From Rickettsiales bacterium (GTDB taxonomy: Bacteria; Pseudomonadota; Alphaproteobacteria; UBA8366): DNA of 64,000 nt. The stretch is taken from the NCBI GenBank assembly GCA_002724555.1, contig PBOZ01000059.1:66414-130413 (forward strand), in the 5' to 3' direction. The notes beneath the pieces were generated by a model. The model made no database searches. It had not been told where the DNA came from and saw only the letters and a list, made by a program, of their open reading frames with translations. Positions 16,159 to 26,661 of the stretch are shown here, piece after piece (position 1 is the first letter of the stretch; the number at the start of each line of letters is the position of its first letter). Both the position numbers and the translations under genes were made by a program.

Positions 16159-19100
16159 TCATTCCGCTGCGATATCCGATTTTGGCGACGGGTTGTAGAA
16201 TTCGGCCAAGAGTTCCATTTGTCGCGCTTTGGCAAGTGTAATATTATTTTCCTTAACATGGCCGTAGCCGCGAATTTGTTCCGGTAAAGCAGCGGTTTTT
16301 ACGGCTGTCTCGTGATTTTCACGCGTTAAATCCCGCAACAACGCCTCGATTGTCGTTTCATACTCAGAGATAAGCTGGCGTTCATGCTTGCGCTCTTTCA
16401 TATAGCCGAAGGGGTCGAAGGGTGTGCCCCGCAGGAACTTCATCTTCGCAAGCATTCGGAAAATAGGGAGTATCCATTCGCCAACTTCTATTTTCTTGGG
16501 CAGTCCGGTATCGGCGTCCCGGCGTGCTAGCAACGGTGGGGCAAGATGAAACTTTAGCTTGTAGCCTTCATCAAATTTGTCGGCAATGTCGGCTAGGAAA
16601 TCAGTTTCCGAATGGAGCCGGGCAACTTCATACTCGTCTTTGTAGGCAAGTAGTTTGAAGTAATATCTTGCAACTGTTTTTGAGAGCGCCTCTTCTCCGG
16701 GGGTACGGTGCGATTCGGAAGTCTGAACTTTTACAACCAGTTCCTTATAGCGTCGCGCTAGTTTGCGCCCTTGATATTTTGTAAGAAAGTGGACGCGCCT
16801 CTCCACCAAATTGACGAGATCCTCGGGCACAGCGACTGTTTCAGTCGGCGTATTGTTATCGGTGATTGCCAATTTGCGAACCAAAGGAAGATCATGTGCC
16901 GCCCGACGCCCCCAGGTGAATGCCTGTTTGTTTGCGTCAGCAGCTACCCCATTCAACTCTATTGCTTGGAAAATGGCTTCCATAGATATTGGGATGAGAC
17001 CCTTTTGCCAGGCACAGCCAAGCATGAACATATTACTGGCAATAGAATTGCCGAGCAGCGTTGTGGCTAACTTGGTCGCTTCTAAAAATTCCGTGCGGTC
17101 GCTTCCAACTACCTTAGTAATTGCTTGATGCAATTCCTCACCTGGGAAATCTAAGTCAGGGTTTCGTGTGAAGTCTCCAGTAATAGTTTCATGACTGTTG
17201 ATAATGGCGCGACTACTTCCGGGCGCGATCTTGGAGAGCGCATCGACACTAGCGGCCGTGACCAAATCACAGCCAAGCATCATATCTGCGCCACCTGCGG
17301 CGATACGCACGGCGTGCAAATCTTCGGGTTTACGGGCAACACGGATATGGGTTAGAACGGCGCCACCTTTTTGTGCCAATCCAACCATGTCGAGGACTGA
17401 GCATCCCTTCCCTTCGATATGAGCGGCCATGGCAATTATTGCGCCTATTGTCACGACCCCCGTACCGCCTATCCCTGTAACTAGCATGGCATAAGGCTCT
17501 TCTGTAGAAGGCAGTTCGGGTTCTGGAAGTGCTTCAAAGATATCCGGCACCGTAACTTCTTGCGCGGACGTCTTAGGTTTCTTTAAGTCTGTATGGTGAA
17601 CAGTGACAAAACTTGGGCAAAAACCGTTGACGCAAGAATAGTCTTTATTACAGGCTGATTGGTCGATAGTGCGTTTACGGCCGAATTCCGTCTCTTTCGG
17701 GACCACAGAAAGACAGTTTGATTTGACTGAACAATCTCCGCACCCCTCACAAACTAAATCGTTGATCATGACCCGCTTGTGTGGATCGGGAAAGGTTCCT
17801 CGACGACGCCTTCGGCGTTTTTCAGCGGCACAGGTTTGGTCGTAAACCAAAACGCTGACGCCGCTCTCGCCGCGCAGGTCTTTCTGGACCTTCATAAGGT
17901 CGTCGCGATGGTAAACTTTTGTACCTTCTGCGAAACCAGCGTCGCGTGGATATTTATCGGGTTCGTCAGTTACAACGACAACTCGGGAAGCGCCTTCGGC
18001 CATGACTTGTTGGGTAATGCGTGGAACCGTCAGTGGGCCGTCGTGGGGTTGACCACCGGTCATCGCAACGGCGTCATTGAAGAGAATTTTATACGTCATC
18101 TTGACGTCGGCGGCGATGGCTTGGCGAATTGCCATCAATCCCGAATGATAATAGGTCCCGTCGCCGATATTTGCGAAGACATGTTCTTCTTTTGTAAATG
18201 GAGAGATACCAACCCAAGGGACGCCTTCTGCCCCCATATGGGTGAAGGTCGCAGTATTTCTTTCCATCCATTGAGCCATAAAATGGCAACCAATGCCAGA
18301 TAATGCCCGGCTTCCCTCAGGTACTTTTGTTGAGCTGTTATGTGGGCAACCTGAACAAAAATAGGGCGTCCGCGCGAATCCTTCCGCGTTGCTGCGCAGC
18401 ATGTCTTCGCGTGATTGCAGAAACTTGATTTGGTCGTTCAGCTGGCTACTGCTATGAAACCGTTCGAGCCGTTTTGCAATGACCCGCGCAATTTGCGTAG
18501 GTGTCAATTCCCCGATTGATGGCAAAATCCATTGGCCGGTCTCGTCATATTTACCAATCACGCGTGGCCTTTTATCGGCTGTCCAATTGTAGAGCTGTTC
18601 TTTTAATTGATTTTCTATAACGGGTCTTTTTTCTTCAACAACCAGCACCTCGTCGAGGCCTTCACAAAAGTTTCGAATGCCGTCGGGCTCAAGTGGCCAT
18701 GTCATACCAACTTTGTATATCGATAAACCGATGGCGCGGGCGTAATCTTCATTGATGCCGAGTTCTTCAAGAGCCTGGCGGACGTCAAGGTAGGATTTAC
18801 CACAAGTCACGATACCAAATCGTCGGTTCGGCCCGTCGATAATGGATCTATCCAATTTGTTCGCTCTAGCGAATGCAAGAACAGCGTGGATCTTGTGACG
18901 ATGCAAGCGCTCCTCCATTTCTAGCGGTGTATCTGGATAACGAATATTAAGGCCGTCTGGTGGCATCTCAAAATCATCAGGGGTTATAATATCGACGCGA
19001 TGCGGATCCACGTAGACAGAGGCCGAGCTGTCGACTGTTTCTGCGATGAGCTTAAAGGCGGTCCAACAGCCCGAATACCTTGACAGTGCCCAACCATAGA

Positions 19101-19650
19101 GACCGAGGTCCAGGAATTCTTGAACGCCAGCCGGATTGAGAACTGGTATCATCGCATCCATAAAGGCGTATTCAGTCTGATGCGCTGTTGTTGAAGACTT
19201 ACAGGTGTGATCATCGCCAGCCAAGAGCAATACTCCACCCGTAGGAGAAGAGCCAAACAAGTTACCATGCCGAAGGATGTCGCCAGAGCGGTCAACGCCA
19301 GGTCCCTTTGCATACCACATGGAAAACACACCGTCGTAATTTGCACCGACGGACATATCCAATTGCTGGGTGCCGAGAACGGCAGTTGCCGCGAGATCTT
19401 CGTTTACGCCTGGTTGGAAACGTATGTGGTGATGCTCAAGAAATTTTTTTGCCTGCCAGAGTTGTTGGTCAAGCATGCCAAGGGGCGATCCGCGATAGCC
19501 AGTAATAAAGCACCCGGTATTTAACCCGGCTGCTTCGTCACGTCGACGTTGCATCATCGGGAGGCGCACCAGAGCTTGCGTCCCTGTTAAAAAGACGCGC
19601 CCAGATTCGAGTGCATACTTATCGTCTAGCGTAACCGACGCCAACGTCAT
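16159..19650 (-). CDS. Indolepyruvate:ferredoxin oxidoreductase family protein (fused IorA/IorB)
   Basis: About 1163 aa from ATG 19650, with a GGGGGTGA SD. N-terminus is MTLASVTLDDKYALESGRVFLTGTQALVRLPMMQ. Also carries a TPP-binding region GDGTYYHSG and a Cys-rich ferredoxin-like segment CEGCGDCSVKSNC...CNKDYSC. Confidence 0.93.
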   Translation of the reverse strand: MTLASVTLDDKYALESGRVFLTGTQALVRLPMMQRRRDEAAGLNTGCFITGYRGSPLGMLDQQLWQAKKFLEHHHIRFQPGVNEDLAATAVLGTQQLDMSVGANYDGVFSMWYAKGPGVDRSGDILRHGNLFGSSPTGGVLLLAGDDHTCKSSTTAHQTEYAFMDAMIPVLNPAGVQEFLDLGLYGWALSRYSGCWTAFKLIAETVDSSASVYVDPHRVDIITPDDFEMPPDGLNIRYPDTPLEMEERLHRHKIHAVLAFARANKLDRSIIDGPNRRFGIVTCGKSYLDVRQALEELGINEDYARAIGLSIYKVGMTWPLEPDGIRNFCEGLDEVLVVEEKRPVIENQLKEQLYNWTADKRPRVIGKYDETGQWILPSIGELTPTQIARVIAKRLERFHSSSQLNDQIKFLQSREDMLRSNAEGFARTPYFCSGCPHNSSTKVPEGSRALSGIGCHFMAQWMERNTATFTHMGAEGVPWVGISPFTKEEHVFANIGDGTYYHSGLMAIRQAIAADVKMTYKILFNDAVAMTGGQPHDGPLTVPRITQQVMAEGASRVVVVTDEPDKYPRDAGFAEGTKVYHRDDLMKVQKDLRGESGVSVLVYDQTCAAEKRRRRRRGTFPDPHKRVMINDLVCEGCGDCSVKSNCLSVVPKETEFGRKRTIDQSACNKDYSCVNGFCPSFVTVHHTDLKKPKTSAQEVTVPDIFEALPEPELPSTEEPYAMLVTGIGGTGVVTIGAIIAMAAHIEGKGCSVLDMVGLAQKGGAVLTHIRVARKPEDLHAVRIAAGGADMMLGCDLVTAASVDALSKIAPGSSRAIINSHETITGDFTRNPDLDFPGEELHQAITKVVGSDRTEFLEATKLATTLLGNSIASNMFMLGCAWQKGLIPISMEAIFQAIELNGVAADANKQAFTWGRRAAHDLPLVRKLAITDNNTPTETVAVPEDLVNLVERRVHFLTKYQGRKLARRYKELVVKVQTSESHRTPGEEALSKTVARYYFKLLAYKDEYEVARLHSETDFLADIADKFDEGYKLKFHLAPPLLARRDADTGLPKKIEVGEWILPIFRMLAKMKFLRGTPFDPFGYMKERKHERQLISEYETTIEALLRDLTRENHETAVKTAALPEQIRGYGHVKENNITLAKARQMELLAEFYNPSPKSDIAAE

Positions 19651-19752
19651 GATTTCACCCCCCAAGAAACTGCAAACTTATCATGCAAGGTACCTTGTAA
19701 CGTCGCAATTTCAAATCGAATCGGATCCCGTGAATAGAATTTGGCAAAAGAT

Positions 19753-19897
19753 GCATGCATTTTAAAAATTTCCCGAAAAGTCAAAAAATCTTGGTTGCAA
19801 ATAACCAATTCTTTAAACGAATTGTTTCATTGGGTAAGACGGTTCCGGGCCGGTTAATCTGGTTAATACGGCCGTCATATATTTTTCAAATGCATGC
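19753..19897. repeat. Imperfect 17-bp inverted repeat pair (GCATGCATTT[T/G]AAAAAT) flanking 111 bp upstream of ior
   Basis: The left arm is 19753-19769. The right arm is 19881-19897 as reverse complement. They match at 16 of 17 positions. The interior carries the tandem GGTTAAT-ct-GGTTAAT and a GACGG...CCGTC stem. Confidence 0.7.
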
Positions 19898-20107
19898 GTA
19901 ATTGAGTATTTTTTTGTATCGGGGTTACGTAGTGCCTTTTGTTTCGTGACTGGCAAAATATAAAAACTATCTCTCTCGAACATTGTCAGACGTCTGGTAT
20001 AATTTTTGACGCATAATCCGCCTGTCGATAGAATCACCTTCAAGGGGTGATTTTCATCCCTAAAAAAGGTATATGGGCGTCAGCCACGACACAAAAAAGA
20101 GAATTTC

Positions 20108-21085
20108 ATGGCCGTTCTGCTCACTGGCGCCGCTGGATTTATCGGTTATCATATGGCCGAGGCTTTGCTTCATCGAGGTGAACGTGTTGTAGGCGTGGAT
20201 ATCGTGAACGACTATTACGATGTGACGTTAAAGGAAGCACGACTAGCGCGGCTCGTTGGCCAAACCGGATTTTCATTCCATCGTATCGATATTGCGGATC
20301 AGGATGCCATGTCGACCCTCGTCGCAAATAATCCCGATATCGATGCGATCATCCACTTAGCAGCACAGGCAGGCGTTCGATATTCACTCGAAAATCCATT
20401 TGCCTATGTCCAGTCTAACCTGGTTGGCCAGATGGTGATTCTTGAGATCGCCCGACATCTAGACAGCCTTAAACATTTAATCTACGCAAGCTCCTCTTCG
20501 GTATATGGTGGCAATACAAAGCTGCCTTTTGCGCTCGAAGACCCAGTAGACGCTCCTATTTCTCTTTATGCCGCTACTAAGCGTGCCGATGAGCTGATGG
20601 GGCATTGTTACAGCCATCTTTATCGTATTCCTATGACAGGTCTCCGATTTTTTACTGTGTATGGACGCTGGGGTCGCCCTGATATGGCGGCTTACATATT
20701 TACAAAAGCCATTTTAGAAGGCCGACCAATTAACGTTTTTAATAAAGGCGAGATGAGACGTGACTTCACGCATGTCAGTGACATCGTACCAGGAGTTCTC
20801 GCTTGCCTAGAGCGACCGCCATCAAATACGTCTGCTGTTCCGCATAAGGTCTACAACCTTGGGAATAACGCACCCGAGAACTTAATGCGCTTTATCGAAG
20901 TGATTGAGCGGTCGAGTAATCGAAAGGCCAAAGTCAACTTCCAGCCTATGCAGCCTGGCGATGTGAAGGAAACATACGCTGACATTGAGGCTAGCCAGCG
21001 CGACTTTGGATTTACTCCTAAAACTAGTATCGATCAAGGTATTCCTGACTTTGTTGAATGGTATCGTGATTTTCACTGTGTGTAG
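20108..21085 (+). CDS. NAD-dependent epimerase/dehydratase (UDP-glucuronate 4-epimerase-like)
   Basis: 325 aa. Rossmann motif is VLLTGAAGFIGYH. The SDR catalytic motif is YAATKRADE. The whole length looks like the extended-SDR nucleotide-sugar epimerase type. Confidence 0.88.
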   Translation: MAVLLTGAAGFIGYHMAEALLHRGERVVGVDIVNDYYDVTLKEARLARLVGQTGFSFHRIDIADQDAMSTLVANNPDIDAIIHLAAQAGVRYSLENPFAYVQSNLVGQMVILEIARHLDSLKHLIYASSSSVYGGNTKLPFALEDPVDAPISLYAATKRADELMGHCYSHLYRIPMTGLRFFTVYGRWGRPDMAAYIFTKAILEGRPINVFNKGEMRRDFTHVSDIVPGVLACLERPPSNTSAVPHKVYNLGNNAPENLMRFIEVIERSSNRKAKVNFQPMQPGDVKETYADIEASQRDFGFTPKTSIDQGIPDFVEWYRDFHCV

Positions 21086-21159
21086 CCTTGTTTGCGGCAG
21101 ACATTCTGCTGTGACGCTCTGACAAGTTGTCGGATGAAAAACGAAACGGAGAATCTAAA

Positions 21160-22182
21160 ATGCAGTTTGGAATCATGATGCGGGGCCAGTTTCCAGCCGA
21201 CGATCGAGTGGCGGATCGATTCAAGGAAATGCTCGAACAAGCCCGGATGGCCGAATGCCTCGGCTACGATTCCATTACTAAAGGCGCCCATTACAGCACC
21301 CACCCGTTGCAAGATCTACAGCAGGTTCCATTTCTCTGTCGGGTCGCCGCTGAAGCGCCGAATTTGAGACTGAATACGGGAGTATTGCTGCTGCCACTGC
21401 ATAAACCGCTAGACGTAGCTGAGCAACTCGGAACACTCGATATTATAACTAATGGTAAAGCTATTTTTGGTTGTGGTGTTGGCTACCGAGATATTGAATT
21501 CAAGGCATTTGGAACTTTAAAGAGCCAGCGAGGTCGACGGTTTGAGGAGAATTTGTCAGCCATAAAAAAATTGTGGACCCAAGAGAAAGTTTCAATGAAA
21601 GGTTCCCATTTCGAGCTGGACGGCGCTTCTTGCTCAGCGAGGCCGGTACAAGATCCACATCCGCCAATTTGGATTGGTGCGGCTGCAGATGTTGCCATTA
21701 AGCGCGCCGCTCGGATGGGGTCCTGTTGGTACATAGGTCCGAATGACCGGCTCGATTTGATTGCAGAGCAATTAGAGACTTACAAACGTGCGCTCGATGA
21801 GGTGGATCGTCCATTTCCTGACGAATTCCCGCTTCGCCGGGAAGTTTTTGTCGCGCCGACGCGGGAAGAAGCCTATCGACTTGTAAAAGAACCAATTATG
21901 ACGAAATACAGGGCTTACCATTCTTGGGGATTAGGGCAAGCACGTGTCTCCGCAGGGGAGCGGGACGAGCTTGGACAACCTTTTGAGGAGCTTTTAAAGG
22001 ATCGTTTTTTCGTAGGCTCGCCGGATGATGTCGCCGAGCAGATAATCAAGTTCAACAGACGGCTTGGAATTAACCATATTGTGATGAGTATGCATTGGCC
22101 CGGCCTCGAAGTGGCGCGCTCCATGGAAACGATGCAGTTGTTAGCAGAAGAGGTATTCCCACGAGTGCGTCAGGCGCTATAG
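21160..22182 (+). CDS. LLM-class flavin-dependent oxidoreductase (luciferase-like)
   Basis: MQFGIMMRGQFP... start with a GGAGAA SD. Luciferase-like TIM barrel pattern (YDSITKGAHY, PIWIGAAADVAIKRAARMG). Confidence 0.8.
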   Translation: MQFGIMMRGQFPADDRVADRFKEMLEQARMAECLGYDSITKGAHYSTHPLQDLQQVPFLCRVAAEAPNLRLNTGVLLLPLHKPLDVAEQLGTLDIITNGKAIFGCGVGYRDIEFKAFGTLKSQRGRRFEENLSAIKKLWTQEKVSMKGSHFELDGASCSARPVQDPHPPIWIGAAADVAIKRAARMGSCWYIGPNDRLDLIAEQLETYKRALDEVDRPFPDEFPLRREVFVAPTREEAYRLVKEPIMTKYRAYHSWGLGQARVSAGERDELGQPFEELLKDRFFVGSPDDVAEQIIKFNRRLGINHIVMSMHWPGLEVARSMETMQLLAEEVFPRVRQAL

Positions 22183-22217
22183 GGAATTGGCCGTAAGATA
22201 AGTTGTGCGAAATAGCA

Positions 22218-23615
22218 TCAGACGGCGACGGGGTCTATTGAGTCCAAAATCCAGCGCGCGATGGCTGTTATCCTTGCATCTTCGCCTTGTTGGCCAACAA
22301 TTTGGGCGCCAACTGGCAAACCGCCAACTCCAATTAGTGGCATCGTCACGGCGGGTGCAAATAGCATAGAACTTGGATAATTGCAGATTGCGTCGCCGGT
22401 CGGTCGAGGTGCCAGTGGTTGTCCAGGCACATCATCAGGGAATAGGGGGGCTGGTCCAGGACAAGAGAGGCTAATAATGGCGTCAGCACAAGACGCAATA
22501 GCGTTATGACGTACCTGGGCGGCTGTGCGTGCAGAAAGGGCGGAACGGTAGTCTGCAGGGCTCATTGATTCAGCTATTTCCAATCTGGCTTTCGCTCGTT
22601 CGCTGACACCGTTTGGCGATTCGTTGACAAGGTTGCGCTGAGCCCAACGGTTCTCCCAACCAGTTATCGAATTACAAATTCGTCCCGCGTCCTCGACCGC
22701 GTTCTCCAGGTTTTCAAGGGCTTGTTCGTCTTGCCGACGCACAATCTCTACGCCTGCGTCCGATAGCTGTCGCAAAAGGGTTTCGAACGCAAATTTACTG
22801 GCATCGTCCACGACTTTCCAGCCGTCACCCTCCATGACCGCCAGTCGATTTGGACGGGTGGCGTTGGGCGGCAATAAAGGCCCGAGTATGCCGGGGTATC
22901 CGGGGTCGCCGCCGGCCCTCATGGCAATTTCGATTGCGACTTGCCACATGTCTTCAATGCTTCCTGCATGAACGCCATGTGTACTCATGCTGGTAGCCTG
23001 GCGTTCGCCCCGGTTGATGCCCCCCTGGCTAGGTTTAAGAGCGATATTGCCACAATAAGCGGCTGGGCGAATAATCGAACCGCCCACTTGCGTACCAATT
23101 GCGGTAGGAAGCATGTGCGCAGCTACAGCTGCAGCGGATCCTGACGACGATCCGCCGGGTGTGCGTTTAAGGTCGAACGGGTTGCGGGTCGGTCCTGGAT
23201 GTGAGCCTCCGAGCTCCGCCGTGACCGTCTTGCAGAGGATAATCGCTCCTGCTTCCCGTAGAGCCCAAACTGCGGCGTTGTCTCGTTTCGGGAAATTACC
23301 AGTGTACGCGTCGCAGCCCATCTGTGTAGGCATGTCTTTTGTTTCGAGAAGGTCTTTAATTCCTGTGGGCATACCGTCGATAGAAGAGAGGGGTCGTCCA
23401 GCCCGCCAACGTTCGGTGCTGGCGTCTGCTGCGTCACGGGCGCTCGTCTCGTTTATTGCCGGTAGTGCCATAATTGATGGATCTTTTTCGGCAATAGTTT
23501 CAAGACATCTCTCTAGGTATGCCCGAGGAGAGTCTGTCCCTTCGCTGAAAAAGGGCGTCACATCGTGAAAAGTCAGTGCTTTGAAAACATGAGGATCGTA
23601 ATTAATCGTCGTCAT
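22218..23615 (-). CDS. Amidase (amidase-signature family)
   Basis: 465 aa. Carries the AS signature GGSSSGSAAAVAA and the upstream GIKDLLETKDMPT. Confidence 0.88.
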   Translation of the reverse strand: MTTINYDPHVFKALTFHDVTPFFSEGTDSPRAYLERCLETIAEKDPSIMALPAINETSARDAADASTERWRAGRPLSSIDGMPTGIKDLLETKDMPTQMGCDAYTGNFPKRDNAAVWALREAGAIILCKTVTAELGGSHPGPTRNPFDLKRTPGGSSSGSAAAVAAHMLPTAIGTQVGGSIIRPAAYCGNIALKPSQGGINRGERQATSMSTHGVHAGSIEDMWQVAIEIAMRAGGDPGYPGILGPLLPPNATRPNRLAVMEGDGWKVVDDASKFAFETLLRQLSDAGVEIVRRQDEQALENLENAVEDAGRICNSITGWENRWAQRNLVNESPNGVSERAKARLEIAESMSPADYRSALSARTAAQVRHNAIASCADAIISLSCPGPAPLFPDDVPGQPLAPRPTGDAICNYPSSMLFAPAVTMPLIGVGGLPVGAQIVGQQGEDARITAIARWILDSIDPVAV

Positions 23616-23678
23616 CGAAAATGGCCCTCCTAAAATTCTGTCTTCGCTTTAAGATTAGAGCGAATTTCTTTTTCGTCT

Positions 23679-24605
23679 CTATACATCTTCCCAATATTGG
23701 ACCATTTTCTGTCGGGTTGCCTCATCTGGAAGATTACCGCGCGCGGACCATAGGTTTTCGATCAAATGGCCGGGGTCGGAAGTTGCAGGAATGGCGCAGG
23801 TCACTGTTGGATGAGACAATACGAATTTCAGAAAGAACTGCCCCCAAGTTTTGCAACCGGTTTCAATAGCCCATTCGGGAACGTCCTCGCCGCGAACAGA
23901 GTTAAAGAGTTGGCCGCCTTCAAAAGGCCGATTAACGATGACAGCGATACCGCGTTCTGCGGCTACCGGTAGGAGTTTGTCCTCAACTGCCCTTTCGCCA
24001 ATCGAATAAGCCATTTGAACAAAATCAACTTCTTCACTTTCCATCACATGGACTAGGCGATCGATAGCGCCGCTGGTATAGTGCGTTACACCGATATACC
24101 GAAAGATTCCTGCAGCCTTCCAAAGCTGAAGTGTCTCGAGTTGTGTCTGCCAATCCACAAGGTTATGGACCTGCATCAAGTCTATGCGATTGGTTCGAAG
24201 TCGCTGAAGTGACTCTTCCATTTGTGCGATGCCGCGGTCCTTTCCCTCCGTCCAGACTTTGGTTGCCAAAAAAGTAGTTTCGCGAGCCTTTGATTCATTC
24301 AGTAATTCACCGACAACATTTTCTGCTTTGCCATACATCGGGGATGTGTCAATGACATTCGCTCCAGCCTCAAACAGCATGCGCAATACCTCGCGATAGG
24401 TCATCCAATATGATGGTTCGTCGCGATATATATCAAATGCGCGCTGTGCTCCTAGGCCAACCATGGGTAGCATCTCACCGGTTTTGGGAATAACTCTTTT
24501 CAAGATAGGTTCTAATGGCCCGACGATACCTGTAAGGCATGCAGTGGTGATACCAGCAACGCCAAGCCGAATGAAACTTCGGCGATCTAATTTTTTCGCG
24601 ATCAT
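23679..24605 (-). CDS. Aldo/keto reductase with a twin-arginine signal peptide
   Basis: 308 aa. The N-terminus MIAKKLDRRSFIRLGVAGITTACLTG carries a Tat motif (RRSFIR). The body is AKR-like (IDTSPMYGKAENVVGE, DLMQVHN). Confidence 0.82.
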   Translation of the reverse strand: MIAKKLDRRSFIRLGVAGITTACLTGIVGPLEPILKRVIPKTGEMLPMVGLGAQRAFDIYRDEPSYWMTYREVLRMLFEAGANVIDTSPMYGKAENVVGELLNESKARETTFLATKVWTEGKDRGIAQMEESLQRLRTNRIDLMQVHNLVDWQTQLETLQLWKAAGIFRYIGVTHYTSGAIDRLVHVMESEEVDFVQMAYSIGERAVEDKLLPVAAERGIAVIVNRPFEGGQLFNSVRGEDVPEWAIETGCKTWGQFFLKFVLSHPTVTCAIPATSDPGHLIENLWSARGNLPDEATRQKMVQYWEDV

Positions 24606-24694
24606 GCTTGCTTTATTATGAGCTAGTCAGCAATTTGCGTAATTGTGGTATAGTCCAACTTACGAACCTGGCGCTGAAACCCATGCATGATGGT

Positions 24695-26494
24695 CTAAGT
24701 TCCATAAAGCGCCTCCAGGTCGTCGCCATAACATTTTTTTATTACGTGGCGGCTGATTTTCATGCTGGGGGTTAGCATCTCATTATCGATACTAAATGGT
24801 TCTGATATCAGCTTGAACCGGCGGACACGTTCGATCGAATTGAGGCGCGAATTTACGCGGTCTAAAGCCTTACGGATACTCGCCACGAAATTCTCGTTCT
24901 CTATTAGGTCTAAAAGCTCGCATTTCTCGGACCCATTAGCATTAATCCAATCAACGGTGAAATCTGCATCCGGGACAATAAGGGCGACTAAATGTGGCTG
25001 TTTGTCGCCATAGACCATGGCCTGTGCAATCTCAGGTTCGATAGTCAACATGCCTTCTACGCGCTGCGGTGCGATGTTGTCGCCACCCGAATTAACAATG
25101 ATGTCTTTTTTGCGATCAGTGATACAGATATAACCATCCTCATCGATTTCACCGATATCGCCTGTATGAAGCCAGCCGTCCTTGATCGTTTCAGCAGTCG
25201 CTTCTTCATTATTCCAGTAACCCTGCATAACGAGTTCGCCGCGAACGAGAATTTCGCCATCGCTCGCTATTTGGACTTCTACGTCTTTCATCGGTGGCCC
25301 GACCGTGTGCATTTTATTCGGATTGGGTGGATTACAGCTAATAACCGGCGCAGATTCGGTCATGCCATACCCCTGAAGGATCGTTAGACCTAGGCTATTG
25401 AAGAAGACGCCGATATCGTAATTGAGGGGGGCACCACCGGAGACGAAGGCCTTCAACCGTCCACCAAAGCGCTCTTGCACCTTGCTCCGTACGAACTTAT
25501 CCAAGAGCCTATCAAGAATTTTATTTAGAGGTCCGAGCGAAGCGGGGTCCTCGTAGCGACGTCGGCCTAAATCTATCGCTTTCGTGAACAATGTCTGCTT
25601 TAGACCGCCCGCTTGTTCTACGCCGCGCACTATGCGGCCATGCATTGCTTCGTATAGGCGTGGAACTGCCGTCAGCAACGTTGGACGAACTTCCGCGATA
25701 TTACCGGTGAGTTTGTCGATACCTTCTGCATAATAGATTTGCGCACCTATTGAAATCGGTAAGAACTGACCAGCTGTATGCTCGTAGGAATGCGAAAGGG
25801 GCAAGAATGACAGAAAAATCTCATTTCCTTCGTCAAATTCTGGTAATTGCAGCAGGAAGTCGTGGGCGCCCATGCAATTACAAATAATAGCGCCGTGGCT
25901 AAGCATAACACCCTTCGGTTTTCCTGAGGTGCCGGAGGTATAGATTAAACAACTTGTCGCATCACGTGCGATCTCCGAAGGTACTGGAAGCTTTGCATCC
26001 GCCGCGTTTGAACCGCGGTGAAGCGCCTCATTCCAGGTTATCGTTTCAAACGGAAAGGTTTTTTTGCCAAGGTCTTCGATTGAAATCACAAAAGTGACGT
26101 TGGGGCACTGCGCTGCAGCGGCGCAAATTCGCTCTCCCAAAGCTTTGCTGGAGACAATGACACCTTTGGCCTCGCTATCCGATAGAATATGTAAATGATC
26201 GTCAACCGTATTGGTGATATAGGCGGGAACAGTAATGCCGCCGGTTGCCATGATTGCGACGTCCGACATAAGCCATTCAGGACGATTCTCAGCCACGAGG
26301 AGTACTCGGTCGCCGGTCTCGATTCCCAAATCCACTAGTGCTCGGCTAAGGTTACTGACAATATTGGCTGATTCACGCCAACTTGTATTATGCCACTCTC
26401 CGTTCGTTTTGGCCCACAAAAGTGGGGCGTTACCGTAGTGTTCTACACGGTCGAAATACATTTCGACCAAGTTTGTGATTGATTGATAGTCCAT
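24695..26494 (-). CDS. Long-chain fatty-acid--CoA ligase (AMP-dependent synthetase)
   Basis: AMP-binding motif YTSGTSGKPKGVMLSH, plus GYGMTES and TGDIGEIDEDGYICITDRKKD. The likely start is MDYQSITNLVEMY at 26494. Confidence 0.9.
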   Translation of the reverse strand: MDYQSITNLVEMYFDRVEHYGNAPLLWAKTNGEWHNTSWRESANIVSNLSRALVDLGIETGDRVLLVAENRPEWLMSDVAIMATGGITVPAYITNTVDDHLHILSDSEAKGVIVSSKALGERICAAAAQCPNVTFVISIEDLGKKTFPFETITWNEALHRGSNAADAKLPVPSEIARDATSCLIYTSGTSGKPKGVMLSHGAIICNCMGAHDFLLQLPEFDEGNEIFLSFLPLSHSYEHTAGQFLPISIGAQIYYAEGIDKLTGNIAEVRPTLLTAVPRLYEAMHGRIVRGVEQAGGLKQTLFTKAIDLGRRRYEDPASLGPLNKILDRLLDKFVRSKVQERFGGRLKAFVSGGAPLNYDIGVFFNSLGLTILQGYGMTESAPVISCNPPNPNKMHTVGPPMKDVEVQIASDGEILVRGELVMQGYWNNEEATAETIKDGWLHTGDIGEIDEDGYICITDRKKDIIVNSGGDNIAPQRVEGMLTIEPEIAQAMVYGDKQPHLVALIVPDADFTVDWINANGSEKCELLDLIENENFVASIRKALDRVNSRLNSIERVRRFKLISEPFSIDNEMLTPSMKISRHVIKKCYGDDLEALYGT

Positions 26495-26661
26495 CTTTAG
26501 GCCCCATATCCCGATATTTGCTCGGATCAATTTAGGACCTTTTATATCTCGGTCTCGCGCCGAGGAAAACAGAGGTGGTATCTCAGTTGGACGATCGGTT
26601 GGATGTTTCCTTGTGATGAGACCGTTGCGGGCTTATATCGCAGGGTACAAAGAGAGGTGGT

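Noticed and set aside
15942-16259. 105-aa minus-strand ORF spanning the ior 3' end and its terminator region.
   Set aside because: It overlaps the ior C-terminus in another frame and runs through the palindromic hairpins. It has a basic, low-complexity composition.
19813-20043. 76-aa minus-strand ORF upstream of ior.
   Set aside because: It has a TTG start without an SD and AT-rich codon usage unlike neighbouring genes, and I recognised no family. The region is better explained as regulatory DNA (see the inverted-repeat finding).
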